From IMG/VR virus record IMGVR_UViG_3300022602_000033: a stretch of 64,000 bases of DNA. One strand, 5' to 3'. Shown here in pieces: positions 51,380 to 61,439 of this stretch (positions within the stretch are counted from its first letter, which is position 1; each line of letters begins with the position of its first letter). Origin of the DNA: a virus. The position numbers and the translations under genes are program-made. The notes beneath the pieces are model-generated. The model was not told where the DNA came from. It made no database searches and saw only the letters and a program-made list of their open reading frames with translations.

Positions 51380-51409
51380 AGCATATTATTGTTGGCTGGG
51401 ATCAGCTAG

Positions 51410-51778
51410 TCAATTTCCAGTCTTGCGTTTGGCACGTTTGGCTTTAGATTTCACAGTAGTCTTGAAGGCATCGGCTGAATTAAGATTCCCCAACAGATCA
51501 GCAGCCCAGCTGTCTATGTCAGAGCGCAGTTTGGGGAAGTTGATGCTCATCCTACAGCTGCGTATCTCGCTGTCTTCGGGACTGAGATCTCGCTCTTGCT
51601 CTATGATCTCAGCAAAATGCTTGCCACTGACCTTGATGGTGCTGCCATCTTTGGTCTGTATGATCACGCTGCGAATGTATCTGGTTGGAGGTTCGTTTTC
51701 GATGGTTAAGCTATCAAATATCTCGTCCCAGGCAGCATCAGCTGCCTTGTCAACGATCTTTTTGGGGGAAGTTGCCAT
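51410..51778 (-). CDS. Hypothetical protein
   Basis: Start moved to 51778; TAAATA at 51808-51813. Confidence 0.6.
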   Translation of the reverse strand: MATSPKKIVDKAADAAWDEIFDSLTIENEPPTRYIRSVIIQTKDGSTIKVSGKHFAEIIEQERDLSPEDSEIRSCRMSINFPKLRSDIDSWAADLLGNLNSADAFKTTVKSKAKRAKRKTGN

Positions 51779-51842
51779 TACGGTGATCCCTGTTGAACTA
51801 ACACTGCTATTTATGGTACCTGGCATTCCCCACTGCATTGAT

Positions 51843-53246
51843 TTACTTTCTATCTAACAGCCCAGACAGCTCTGGGAAAGTGTCCACAAAGCTCTGCGAT
51901 CTCTGCTTGTCTAACACTCTAATCCATTCCTGTAGCTCAGGCATGCGTTCGCTCCAATCTTCCTTGTCCATGAAATCCAGCAGTCCTCTTAGGCGCTTGA
52001 TACCATAACCTGCTGCCAAGAAATCATCTTTGCTGATACCAGATTGTGTGGCACCTGTAGCGCTTTGCCAATTATCTTCTAACCAAACAAAGAACTCTTC
52101 AAACTTGTCACGTACCATTTGCTTGGCCCACTTGGGCAGCACCTTGACGTTGAGCTGCGGTGGCCAGTAGGCCAAGTGCCAGTTGATCATGCCAGCGCCG
52201 TTGGGCCATGTGTTGAATTTCTTGAAGTCTTGGCTCAGCTTCCACTTGATCATGTCTGGTATGTAATAGATGTTCAGTGCCATCACAGTCACTGCAGTGG
52301 TCACCATGACATTGTCAGGTGTAGCATCTAACCTACGCATGTTGACCAACAGCTGATCCCAGTCACTGGGATAGCGTATGTAATCATTCTTGTCTCCGAA
52401 GCTGTCTATGCTGAAGTGGAACTTGACCCTGCGGAAGTGGCTCCAGATGTCAAACAAGCGCTGTGGTAGCTCGACTGCGTTGCTGTTATAGCGTAGCTCT
52501 ATGTTTGCTGCATGTCCACGACGTATGACTTCTTCCAACAGCGTGTAATGCTCTTCTATGATGGTGCTTTCGCCGCCAGCAAAATACAGCTGCTTCATGT
52601 GCGGTATCTGATCGTAGAGCTGAGACCAAAATTCTGGATTGTTCATGTGCCAGTTGTAGCTGGCACCGTGTTTTTTGCCCTTGTCTGCCCAGTTCCAGCT
52701 TTCCTTAAGCCTGGCATTTTCTATCTTGGGATAGATCTCGTTCCACTCTTTGACCCAACCGCTGCTGTCGTGAGGGCTGCACATCACGCAGGCCAGCTGA
52801 CACTTGCTGCCCAATCTCAGATCTAGATAGCGTATTCTTGGACTGACTGCACCATCGTCTGTGGTATCACCTATGATATCATCTAAGCCCAGCTGTTCTA
52901 TCCAGTAGGCAGTTTCCCAGTTGCGCTTGCTCTGCACGCCCGCATCTTCTTCCTTGTAACATTTGAGACAGCTGGGCGGTTTCTCTCCGCGCAGCATCAT
53001 CTTGCGCACGTTGCGCATGTAATCGTTGTTCCATGCTTCCATCAGCGTGCTGTTATTGAGATTAGCTGGTATTCCATCAGCTGTGCGCAGCACACCAATC
53101 TGGCCACCACCACTCTTTTTGGTGCTGTCTGGATCTTGCACGCTGCTGGCATTGGCAGTGCAGCAAACTCTCATGGCGCCATCTGGACGGCTGCTGAGAT
53201 GCACCCAGGGCAGGGCACAGAAGGTTTTGCTTGATAATTCTGTCAT
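51843..53246 (-). CDS. Radical SAM protein with an N-terminal twitch/SPASM-like domain
   Basis: FCALPW...CC...CLKC, CQLACVMC and YFAGGE motifs. Confidence 0.88.
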   Translation of the reverse strand: MTELSSKTFCALPWVHLSSRPDGAMRVCCTANASSVQDPDSTKKSGGGQIGVLRTADGIPANLNNSTLMEAWNNDYMRNVRKMMLRGEKPPSCLKCYKEEDAGVQSKRNWETAYWIEQLGLDDIIGDTTDDGAVSPRIRYLDLRLGSKCQLACVMCSPHDSSGWVKEWNEIYPKIENARLKESWNWADKGKKHGASYNWHMNNPEFWSQLYDQIPHMKQLYFAGGESTIIEEHYTLLEEVIRRGHAANIELRYNSNAVELPQRLFDIWSHFRRVKFHFSIDSFGDKNDYIRYPSDWDQLLVNMRRLDATPDNVMVTTAVTVMALNIYYIPDMIKWKLSQDFKKFNTWPNGAGMINWHLAYWPPQLNVKVLPKWAKQMVRDKFEEFFVWLEDNWQSATGATQSGISKDDFLAAGYGIKRLRGLLDFMDKEDWSERMPELQEWIRVLDKQRSQSFVDTFPELSGLLDRK

Positions 53247-54346
53247 GATTTATTTACGGTTTCTTGGAACTGGCTGGCAAATTGATCGAATCCAGTACCA
53301 CAAGTTTTAGCACAAACTCGTAGCTTGCCATCGCTGATGCTGGGCTTTGACCAACTGTCTGCTATCTTATTGAAATATGGTCCTTTTATTATGGATTCTA
53401 ACGGGTTAACAAGCGCACTGAGGTTGTTAATATCGTGATCCAACAGCGTCCACATCTCGCTCTGTTTATGGGGCCAATACCACACATAAAGCTGGTTGGC
53501 TGTCCAGCAGCAGGGGAAAACTAGACCCTCGGCGCTGATATAGAGGCTCTTGTCCTCAGCCACCTTGCACTTGACGCATGTCTGGTCGATGTACCCTTGC
53601 ATGCTGCCAAATTGTTCGATCAAAGCCTGCTCTTTACTGAGGCTATCATTGTGATATGCTGGGTTTTTTGGTTTTTCTATGTGATATTCAACCTCACCAT
53701 TGCGGCTCCAAACTTCCTGGCTATCCTTGCCCTGTAGCTTGGTGTTGCTGAAAAAACGCCCGGTCTTCTTGGTGCGGAACTGTGCAAATCCCATCTGTTC
53801 ACTCAAAGATCTAGCAGCTTCTACCTGATGTTCGTTGTGTTTGAACACGATGTATTCCCAGTGTGCTATACCACCAGCAGCTATGAACGCCTGCGCATTG
53901 TCCATGATCTTTTGCCAGTTGGTACCTCGTCTATAGATGTGATTGCTGTCTGCCAAACCATCCAATCCAAACTTCACATAATCGCCTGGCTTACAGAGCA
54001 TGGTGCCCAGCTTTGCCCACCAAGCCGGAGTCCTAGCACTAGCATTGGTGTGCATGCCCAGTTTGATATCTGGATTGATTTGGCGCAGCCATTGATATAC
54101 TTCTAGTGTATCATTTGCTGCGATTGGATCGCCGTAGTTGCCGCACATGTACAGGCGCTTCAACTGCTTAACAAATGACTCAGGCATGATCACTTGTAGG
54201 TCTGACAGGCTCAGTTCAGTCTGCGGCAAGAATTCATTGTCAGGACCGCCAAACTTGTTTCGCCCGCACTGAGGACAGCTGGCATTGCACTTGGCTGTTA
54301 TCTCCAAATGCACAGTGTTGATATCATTATAATCATATATCATCAA
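53243..54346 (-). CDS. Radical SAM protein with a C-terminal SPASM-like domain
   Basis: CNASCPQC, GNYGDP, FPCC and C..TC motifs. Confidence 0.88.
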   Translation of the reverse strand: MMIYDYNDINTVHLEITAKCNASCPQCGRNKFGGPDNEFLPQTELSLSDLQVIMPESFVKQLKRLYMCGNYGDPIAANDTLEVYQWLRQINPDIKLGMHTNASARTPAWWAKLGTMLCKPGDYVKFGLDGLADSNHIYRRGTNWQKIMDNAQAFIAAGGIAHWEYIVFKHNEHQVEAARSLSEQMGFAQFRTKKTGRFFSNTKLQGKDSQEVWSRNGEVEYHIEKPKNPAYHNDSLSKEQALIEQFGSMQGYIDQTCVKCKVAEDKSLYISAEGLVFPCCWTANQLYVWYWPHKQSEMWTLLDHDINNLSALVNPLESIIKGPYFNKIADSWSKPSISDGKLRVCAKTCGTGFDQFASQFQETVNKS

Positions 54347-54572
54347 CTGTGTCCAGCAGCAGTTTGACAGATTGCCCCGGTCCGATCTTGCTGGGAAGGT
54401 CGCCGTGTTGCTCTACATACCATGCAATCACTGCCTTGTACCAAACATGGCTATCATGGTGGGCTAGCTTATTAAACTGAACCAACTCATGATTACCAAA
54501 ACCGCCACTGCTGGCCAACACCCTTGCAGCTTCTTTTTGTAGATCTCGCAGAGTGAATTTATCAAACGTCAT
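54333..54572 (-). CDS. Small hypothetical protein
   Basis: 79 aa, coupled on both sides. Confidence 0.6.
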   Translation of the reverse strand: MTFDKFTLRDLQKEAARVLASSGGFGNHELVQFNKLAHHDSHVWYKAVIAWYVEQHGDLPSKIGPGQSVKLLLDTVDDI

Positions 54573-55312
54573 TTACGTCCTATGAGCATGTACCTTGTAT
54601 AAAGTGTACAGTCTAACTCTCCGGCATATAGTAATTCAGTCATTGGATAGTTGTTCTTAAATTCGTCAATGCTGCTCACAGTGTTATTATGCTGATCGTT
54701 GTCAGACCAATCGTTATTTTGAAGAACGGTTATTGTACCAATAGGAATATTATCCCACCAGGCATTATTACTACCCATGTGATCGCAGCTCGTATTAACT
54801 ATAGTATCAGCTGATTCGTAAAGGGGTTGTATGCTGCCATCATATCTCAGAGTTTCGTACGTAAAATCAGTGTATATCAAAGAATTTACGTCAATAGTAG
54901 TTGCCTTAAAACGCCAACTGTCTTTCACATCAAATCGATTAAGTTCGTCGGCTAATGCTGTGCAAGATTTATCAATATCAAAGCTACGCACAGTAGATAT
55001 AGCAAGCAAATCCCTGCGTTCAAGCATTAGATAGCTCAGCGTGCCTATCCATCCGCATAGTATCCAAGTTCTTCCAAGCTTGAGCTCAAGTTCTAAACAT
55101 TGATTTATTAACCATATTTTGCTCGTTATCTGCCCCCGACTCCATGCATCCATACTGTCTATAAGTATTGAACTAGGATGGGCATATAGTGCTAGATAAC
55201 GTTCAAAGAATTTTTCTCTGTCTAATACATGATTACAAATATGAGATAGATTAGAAAGATGCTTTTTAATGCCGGTTAATATAGCATCATCGTTGCCAAG
55301 TGTTGGGTTCAT
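54569..55312 (-). CDS. Rossmann methyltransferase-like protein
   Basis: GQxxSKxWL, GWIG, SFDID, NTSCDH and RYMLIG motifs. Confidence 0.6.
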   Translation of the reverse strand: MNPTLGNDDAILTGIKKHLSNLSHICNHVLDREKFFERYLALYAHPSSILIDSMDAWSRGQITSKIWLINQCLELELKLGRTWILCGWIGTLSYLMLERRDLLAISTVRSFDIDKSCTALADELNRFDVKDSWRFKATTIDVNSLIYTDFTYETLRYDGSIQPLYESADTIVNTSCDHMGSNNAWWDNIPIGTITVLQNNDWSDNDQHNNTVSSIDEFKNNYPMTELLYAGELDCTLYTRYMLIGRK

Positions 55313-56163
55313 TTTACACCTATGAGCATGTGGCGAGAATACTCGCCGCAATCTAACGTGCCCTTATATAAAACTCTCCTGCATTTAGCTCTATATGAAA
55401 GCTCATACATGTTATTCATGCTATTCACATGGCCGTCGTATGATTCGTGATCACTGCACTGCAGAATTATCAATTTCCCGTCTGGTATGTTGAAAAACCA
55501 CCGTTCAAAATCAACAAGATGTTCACAACTAGTGTTGATAATGGTATCAGCAGTTTCGCAAACTCTCTCCGTTGATCCATCTGATTTTTTTGTATGCCAG
55601 AAGCAGTCGTCATAAGTTAAATCCATGACATCTATGGTACTGGCTTTAAATTTCCAGTTCTGTTTTACTTCTCGGTTGTTTAATCTATCAGCCAAATCTG
55701 CACAAACCGGATCTATATCAAAACTACATATAGATTCTAGTTTTAATCTAGCTTGTTTTTTGAAAATGAGATACGCAAGCAATCCTATCCAACCACACAT
55801 TATCCAAACTCTACCTAGATTTCTATCAAGCTTAATCAATGCATCAATCAACCATATCTTGCTGTCAATCTGGCCTTGGCTAAAGGCATCTAATATGCTG
55901 AGCTCTCCAGCAGTTTCGTGATAATAGATATCAAAATAAGATTTTATAAATTCATCTCTATCAGGTACTATCGGCCACATCCTATGTAATACCCGCATAT
56001 GTTCGGGTTGATCTCGCAGCTTGACCAAAAGGCTGGGTGACCAACGTATAATGGTCAAAAATGACTCTATTTCATCAGGTCGTAGTTTTAATAAAAATTC
56101 TAAAACATTAGAATTATTTGCCAGCTTAGATAAAATATCTCGGTTTTTAAGATCAGTGATCAC
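55309..56163 (-). CDS. Rossmann methyltransferase-like protein (paralogue)
   Basis: GQIDSKIWL, GWIG, SFDID and NTSCEH motifs. Confidence 0.6.
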   Translation of the reverse strand: MITDLKNRDILSKLANNSNVLEFLLKLRPDEIESFLTIIRWSPSLLVKLRDQPEHMRVLHRMWPIVPDRDEFIKSYFDIYYHETAGELSILDAFSQGQIDSKIWLIDALIKLDRNLGRVWIMCGWIGLLAYLIFKKQARLKLESICSFDIDPVCADLADRLNNREVKQNWKFKASTIDVMDLTYDDCFWHTKKSDGSTERVCETADTIINTSCEHLVDFERWFFNIPDGKLIILQCSDHESYDGHVNSMNNMYELSYRAKCRRVLYKGTLDCGEYSRHMLIGVK

Positions 56164-57029
56164 AGCATCATACCTTTACGAGGCGGATGCAAATAATTCT
56201 GTTTTAACCACAAACTGGTAGAAGCATCTAATTCTGGTACGAACAATCCAAACTCATTCTGTAATAGATCTGCATATCTCTTCAGCACAGTTTCTATGTC
56301 TACGTGTTTGGTTTTCTTCCAGTGTCTGTCAAACCAATGGTAATCATTAATCACGGTATTGTCTATTATGTTCGCATACAGCTCATAGAAACCCTGTCTA
56401 GCTCCTAACATAGCCCATGCACCGTTCTCAACATCTCTACCTACTGTCATCCATAAGTTAAGCTTGCTTAGATTTCCCTGATAAAGTAGAGAAATATCTG
56501 TTACAGGATTCTTCATCGGAAGGCCATTGAGATAACTCATTTTCACACCTTCTCGATAGCCTGCACGCCATGCTTGATAGGCACTCGAATTATTCACGCT
56601 AATACTAGCAAGTGTATCTATCTGGTAATAGCGCAATGCCCAACAGAAATCTGTGGTGTTGCTGCTTTCGTGTGTATTACTGGCTAGTAACACATCTCTG
56701 TTCCAGCATTTTAGTCCACCATTACCATATTCTAGGCCATTGATTATGTTTTTGCTCTTTAAGCTAAACACAACATCTTCCATACCAGCATCATCTAGGA
56801 AAGTGTCCAATCCGCTATCTAATAGATAATTATCGCCATCTATGGTCAAAAATCGGTCAGCTAAGGCCGCCTGAGCACATATCTTGTGTGCTGCTTCAAA
56901 ACCTATAACACCTTGTATATGAGTAGCGTTCGGTAATAATTCCTGTACTCGTGCCCAGTTCGATTCCCTGTTAGGTTCGTCGTAACTTATATAAAAAACT
57001 TCTAGGTCTCGCATCCATGCAGCAGTCAT
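56160..57029 (-). CDS. GT-A-like glycosyltransferase (SYxExN family)
   Basis: ISYDEPN, AH..CA, IDGD, YGNGGLK and AWRAGYREGVK motifs. Confidence 0.65.
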   Translation of the reverse strand: MTAAWMRDLEVFYISYDEPNRESNWARVQELLPNATHIQGVIGFEAAHKICAQAALADRFLTIDGDNYLLDSGLDTFLDDAGMEDVVFSLKSKNIINGLEYGNGGLKCWNRDVLLASNTHESSNTTDFCWALRYYQIDTLASISVNNSSAYQAWRAGYREGVKMSYLNGLPMKNPVTDISLLYQGNLSKLNLWMTVGRDVENGAWAMLGARQGFYELYANIIDNTVINDYHWFDRHWKKTKHVDIETVLKRYADLLQNEFGLFVPELDASTSLWLKQNYLHPPRKGMML

Positions 57030-57712
57030 GCCATGGTTCTTTCATATTGACTGCGTAACCATTGCCAATCATTTATTTTCATTAATTGGTCAGTACCTTT
57101 GTTTTCAAATCCAAATTTACGGCCAGCCTGAGCGCCGAGCAATGCCCAATGGCCATATTCTCGGTCTTGGCCTTTTATGCACCATGTTTCTAATCTCTGT
57201 TGTGTCTCAGTGTTAACTTGTCCATCTATCACTCCGCTGGCCAGCTTGGCACATTCCCGAAACGCACTGCGCCATGTAGTATATGGATCTGTGTTGAACG
57301 CAGTGACATTGCTAAGCTGGTGTATGATCTTGTATTTGCGATTGATGCTGCTGGTCATGTCAGGTTTGAAATCTCTGTCTACCAGTCGCTTGACATCGGC
57401 CACCGGCAGCAGTTTTACTGCGCCATAGCCATATACGAGATCATTGATCGGATTCCTAGCACGAAATACATGCACGTGATCCAGCTGGTGATCGGGTACC
57501 GCATAGTCAAAATTGAAATCTGGTTCAACCACTGCATCACCGTCTACCACATAAAACATGTCTGTCTCAGCCATGTTGGCTGCTGTAATGTGTGCCTGGT
57601 GCAGGCCTGTGACGCCATGCACACGTTTTACTGCAGGGAATCTGGTTTTCAACAGCTGCCAGTTCTGGTCTGCATTGGTCTCTTCATAGCTGATGAAAAC
57701 TATATCATACAT
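57026..57712 (-). CDS. GT-A-like glycosyltransferase (SYxExN family)
   Basis: ISYEETNA, VDGD, YGYGAVK and WRSAFRECAK motifs. Confidence 0.65.
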   Translation of the reverse strand: MYDIVFISYEETNADQNWQLLKTRFPAVKRVHGVTGLHQAHITAANMAETDMFYVVDGDAVVEPDFNFDYAVPDHQLDHVHVFRARNPINDLVYGYGAVKLLPVADVKRLVDRDFKPDMTSSINRKYKIIHQLSNVTAFNTDPYTTWRSAFRECAKLASGVIDGQVNTETQQRLETWCIKGQDREYGHWALLGAQAGRKFGFENKGTDQLMKINDWQWLRSQYERTMA

Positions 57713-57715
57713 TGA

Positions 57716-59149
57716 TTAATCTCTTAATGCTGTAACAATATCTGCGCGAGTTGGCTCTGTCAATGACATGTTACTACTATTGAATCTATCAGCCAACCAA
57801 TCAAAGTCATTTATCTTAGACAGCTGTGCTGATTTTTTTGCACGGTGGCATTCTAAATAATATTGAACACCGGCTCTTGCTCCCTGAGCACTGGCCGCTG
57901 CATATTCTGCAGTGCTATCTGCTGATAACCATACCAACAATCTGCTGAGGCTCTCCATCTGATCGCCGTTATACACGTTGTTGCAGAGCTTGACAGCTTC
58001 GCGAAATCCGCTGCGCCAAGTGCTGATCTCGTCACAGTTGTAGTTGGTGGTGGCTATGACATCTGGTATGATCTTGATGTTGCCCACCGTGGTGGTGAAA
58101 TCTAACCAGTTGGATTTGAACTCGCGAACCAATCTGGTTGGCCAAAGCTTGACTGCTCCCCATCCATAGCTTAGACCATTCACAGGGTTCCTGCTGTGCC
58201 ACAGATGCAGATATTGCCTATCATGATCTGGTGGCCTATAACTGAAAGTAAAGCTATCGTCTGCTATAGTGTCAGCATCTACTGTCCAAAACATGCTAGT
58301 CTTGCTTAGTTCCGCGCAACGCATGTGTGCGTTGTGTATGCCCTTTATGCCACTGACATGCTGCGCTCGTGGGAATCTGTCATTGAGCATTTTGAAATTA
58401 CTATCTGCATTTGATTCACGATAGCTGATGAAGAATATGTCATAGGGCAGGGTATAAGATGCGAACTGATCCATCAGTTTCAGCGAGGCAAAACTGCCTT
58501 GCTGCAGTTCTTCTCCAGTTGGCTGATAGTTTCTTGGTATCAGATAAACCCCGGTGTGTATGCCTTCAGATGTTTTCCAAATGTGCACATAGTCTCGATC
58601 CCACAGCGGCGGACGCCAAGTGAAGTCCCAGTTTTCTGTCAACTTGACATCGTCCATGATCAGCCAATACATCTCCGTGGCACAGGAAGATCTAACGCTG
58701 TCGCATGCAGCCACAGCATCAGTATGTTGATCATAGGATGCTGTGATGACTTGGTATGATCTCATGACCTGTGTTGGTCCAGTCATGGTCTTATGCTTCA
58801 ATAATGAATCAGTCTCTAGCTCCTCTGGTACCAGTCTGTACCGGTTGGGTATGAGGTAAATACCAGAGAATTCGTTCACAGGATTGCCCAGTTTATCAAA
58901 CGTTGGCCAAATGTGTACGTAGGGCCTATCCCAGCTTTCAGCCTTCCATGCAAAATCAAAATCCCCTGCGATGTCCACATCGTCGGTGATCAACCACCGC
59001 ATGCTGGTCATGCACATTTTAGCTGATTGATCTATTGCTGCGGTCAAGGTTTTGACATTGGGTAACCATTTAGCGCTGGGATAAGCTGCAGAGAATTTCT
59101 CAAACGCTGCACTATGGTCATGCTTGCTGCAGAAAATAATGTCGTACAT
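57716..59149 (-). CDS. GT-A-like glycosyltransferase with degenerate N-terminal repeats
   Basis: Two WDRxYVHIW repeats, then an ISYRESNA/VDAD/WRSGFREAVK domain. Confidence 0.65.
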   Translation of the reverse strand: MYDIIFCSKHDHSAAFEKFSAAYPSAKWLPNVKTLTAAIDQSAKMCMTSMRWLITDDVDIAGDFDFAWKAESWDRPYVHIWPTFDKLGNPVNEFSGIYLIPNRYRLVPEELETDSLLKHKTMTGPTQVMRSYQVITASYDQHTDAVAACDSVRSSCATEMYWLIMDDVKLTENWDFTWRPPLWDRDYVHIWKTSEGIHTGVYLIPRNYQPTGEELQQGSFASLKLMDQFASYTLPYDIFFISYRESNADSNFKMLNDRFPRAQHVSGIKGIHNAHMRCAELSKTSMFWTVDADTIADDSFTFSYRPPDHDRQYLHLWHSRNPVNGLSYGWGAVKLWPTRLVREFKSNWLDFTTTVGNIKIIPDVIATTNYNCDEISTWRSGFREAVKLCNNVYNGDQMESLSRLLVWLSADSTAEYAAASAQGARAGVQYYLECHRAKKSAQLSKINDFDWLADRFNSSNMSLTEPTRADIVTALRD

Positions 59150-60057
59150 CAGACAGCCGTTAGATGCCGTATCTGGTCATATCCAACCAATGGTCGCGGA
59201 GGATTGATATAGATTTTCTTGAAAAACCTGCTGTGCTCGGCATCGAGATCAGCAATGTCTATGCCAAGCCCTTGCCTCAGCTTGTCTCCCAACAGTCTGG
59301 ATCCTTCCATTGGATCGGTGTTTTTTACCAATTGCCATTTTTCTGCAAACCAGTCGTAGTTACTGATGTTGGTATGGTCATCCTCTGTGAGATTGCAGTC
59401 ATACGCGCCCAATCTAGCACCATAGATGCTCCATACGCCATTTTCCACATCGGCGCCAACACTGCACCATATCAACAGCTTGTGAAGATTATAGATCCAT
59501 ATCTTTTTGGCAAAATCCTGTGGTGAAACCTTGTTGCCGTTCTCTAGGCTCATCTTAACACCTTCGCGATAGCCACTGCGAAATGCTTGGTATGGACTAC
59601 CGTTGATCATGCTGGTGCTGTAGGTCCCAAACACTTCATGGTATTTTGCGTTCCAACAGAAGTCCACTTTGCTGGCATCTGATGTGCTGTTTTCATGGCT
59701 GTTCATGCTGCGCACGAACTGCTTGCTCCACAGCTTGAGTCCGCCGTTACCGTAGATCAATCCGTTGACATGATTCCTACCAGCCCAGGTCCAAGCATGA
59801 TCATCCTGTCCTTCGCTGATGTTGATCTTAACGCTGAGGAACTGTTCAGATATCCGGTTATCTCCATCTACTGTGACAAAGAAATCAGTGTCAGCTGCAT
59901 CAGCACAGGCCCTGTGCGCAGCATCAAATCCTTTCACACTGTGTACTCTCTTGGCCCAAGGTACTACATTTATCAACTCTGCATACAGTGTTTCTGCATT
60001 AGGCTCGTCGTAGCTGAGAAACACGAAATCAAATTCACTTATCTCACGTTGCATCAT
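59149..60057 (-). CDS. GT-A-like glycosyltransferase (SYxExN family)
   Basis: LSYDEPNA, VDGDN, YGNGGLK and FRSGYREGVK motifs. Confidence 0.65.
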   Translation of the reverse strand: MMQREISEFDFVFLSYDEPNAETLYAELINVVPWAKRVHSVKGFDAAHRACADAADTDFFVTVDGDNRISEQFLSVKINISEGQDDHAWTWAGRNHVNGLIYGNGGLKLWSKQFVRSMNSHENSTSDASKVDFCWNAKYHEVFGTYSTSMINGSPYQAFRSGYREGVKMSLENGNKVSPQDFAKKIWIYNLHKLLIWCSVGADVENGVWSIYGARLGAYDCNLTEDDHTNISNYDWFAEKWQLVKNTDPMEGSRLLGDKLRQGLGIDIADLDAEHSRFFKKIYINPPRPLVGYDQIRHLTAV

Positions 60058-60583
60058 ACCTCACATATATGCTGTAATCGCCTTTGACATCAACAGGTAT
60101 AGTCAAGTCCAATGTCTGACCTGCGTCTGCTGCATAAGGATACAGATCTATCTTTTTAATGAGATAGTTTGGATCATTTCGCATGGTTATGTAGAACACT
60201 ATGTTCTTGGCGCGACCTACCACGTCAACCACAAATCCATTGTCATTGCGGTTTTTAATCACCACCGGGCTCATATTTCCATTTACTGAATCAAAGTATG
60301 AGCTCACGCCCAATTTTTCTGGATCAATGAGTTGCCAAAACTTCTTGAATGCCATCTGACGTTTCTTATAAGCAATGATCAGATTGTCGTGATTCTTGGT
60401 TAACTCGTACTCAAACAATCTGCTCTTGCCGGACATGATATCCAATGCTGACTCGTAATTCATAGCAATTATACCGAGGTCAGAACCGTAATCAGCTTTT
60501 GGATTGAACCCAACATGCCTGAGTTCTAGCGTATCTAAGTCGTACCATGCCCAGGCAGCTTTATCGTCCAAGTTTTCGCTCAT
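60044..60583 (-). CDS. Hypothetical protein
   Basis: 179 aa, overlapping both neighbours. Confidence 0.6.
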   Translation of the reverse strand: MSENLDDKAAWAWYDLDTLELRHVGFNPKADYGSDLGIIAMNYESALDIMSGKSRLFEYELTKNHDNLIIAYKKRQMAFKKFWQLIDPEKLGVSSYFDSVNGNMSPVVIKNRNDNGFVVDVVGRAKNIVFYITMRNDPNYLIKKIDLYPYAADAGQTLDLTIPVDVKGDYSIYVRYDAT

Positions 60584-61439
60584 AGTATCCTATCATCTCA
60601 TCTGTAATGAAATCTTTGACATGATAATGCAACGGAAAAAACTGTAGATAATTTCCTATCTTGCATTCAAGTTCTGGATTGAAGAAAATGCTGATGTGTT
60701 TCGTCCAATCTTCTGTGATATCAGATAAACCCCAACCCTGCAGATGTGTTTTCATGTGCGTGAACGTCGGTATTTGATTAGTTCTGTAGTATTTTTGATC
60801 TAAATCCAGCAGTTTTAATGCTACTGCAAATATCACATCTGTACTGGGATATTGCGGGCGGTGTTCAAGCTTTAATGTAGCACTAAACATCAACTGCCAA
60901 TTGAAAAATATGTATTTCACGAGATCAAAAAGTTCAAATGTATTTGGAGTTTTCTTGAAATACATGAATGCTGTATACACATCTGGCAGATTGTTCTCTG
61001 TGAAGGTTTTTCTATAATAATCACTGGTAACCACATGAGATCTGTAGTCTATCACGCTGTTGCAGATAGCAAAATCATTCTGGCTTATTGTTTGCCACCA
61101 CGGACCTATGTCATTGAAGAACAGCATGTCGCAATCCAGCTTGATGGTCTCGTTGTAGGGGCTCATGTGTATGGCCTTCCACTCATTTTCCAACTTCCAC
61201 GCACTGTCTGCTGCGTGATCTCCCCACGGTGTTTCGATGATGTTGTCAAACGCCCATCTGTATTGTTCAGGCACTGTGGTACCAGGCGTCACACCTATTG
61301 TTAGATATGACACATCTCTCTGGCTCTGTTTTAGGCTCAGGGCCAGTGCATACGCTAGACGTATGTAATCCGTATCATCTGTGTTCTGCGCGAACGTGAA
61401 AAATCCGCGCTGGCGATTGTTGATATCAGCTGATGGCAT
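60561..61439 (-). CDS. GT-A (GT8-like) glycosyltransferase
   Basis: DYIRLAYALALS, SPYNETIKLDCD (DxD) and HY motifs. Confidence 0.7.
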   Translation of the reverse strand: MPSADINNRQRGFFTFAQNTDDTDYIRLAYALALSLKQSQRDVSYLTIGVTPGTTVPEQYRWAFDNIIETPWGDHAADSAWKLENEWKAIHMSPYNETIKLDCDMLFFNDIGPWWQTISQNDFAICNSVIDYRSHVVTSDYYRKTFTENNLPDVYTAFMYFKKTPNTFELFDLVKYIFFNWQLMFSATLKLEHRPQYPSTDVIFAVALKLLDLDQKYYRTNQIPTFTHMKTHLQGWGLSDITEDWTKHISIFFNPELECKIGNYLQFFPLHYHVKDFITDEMIGYYERKLGR

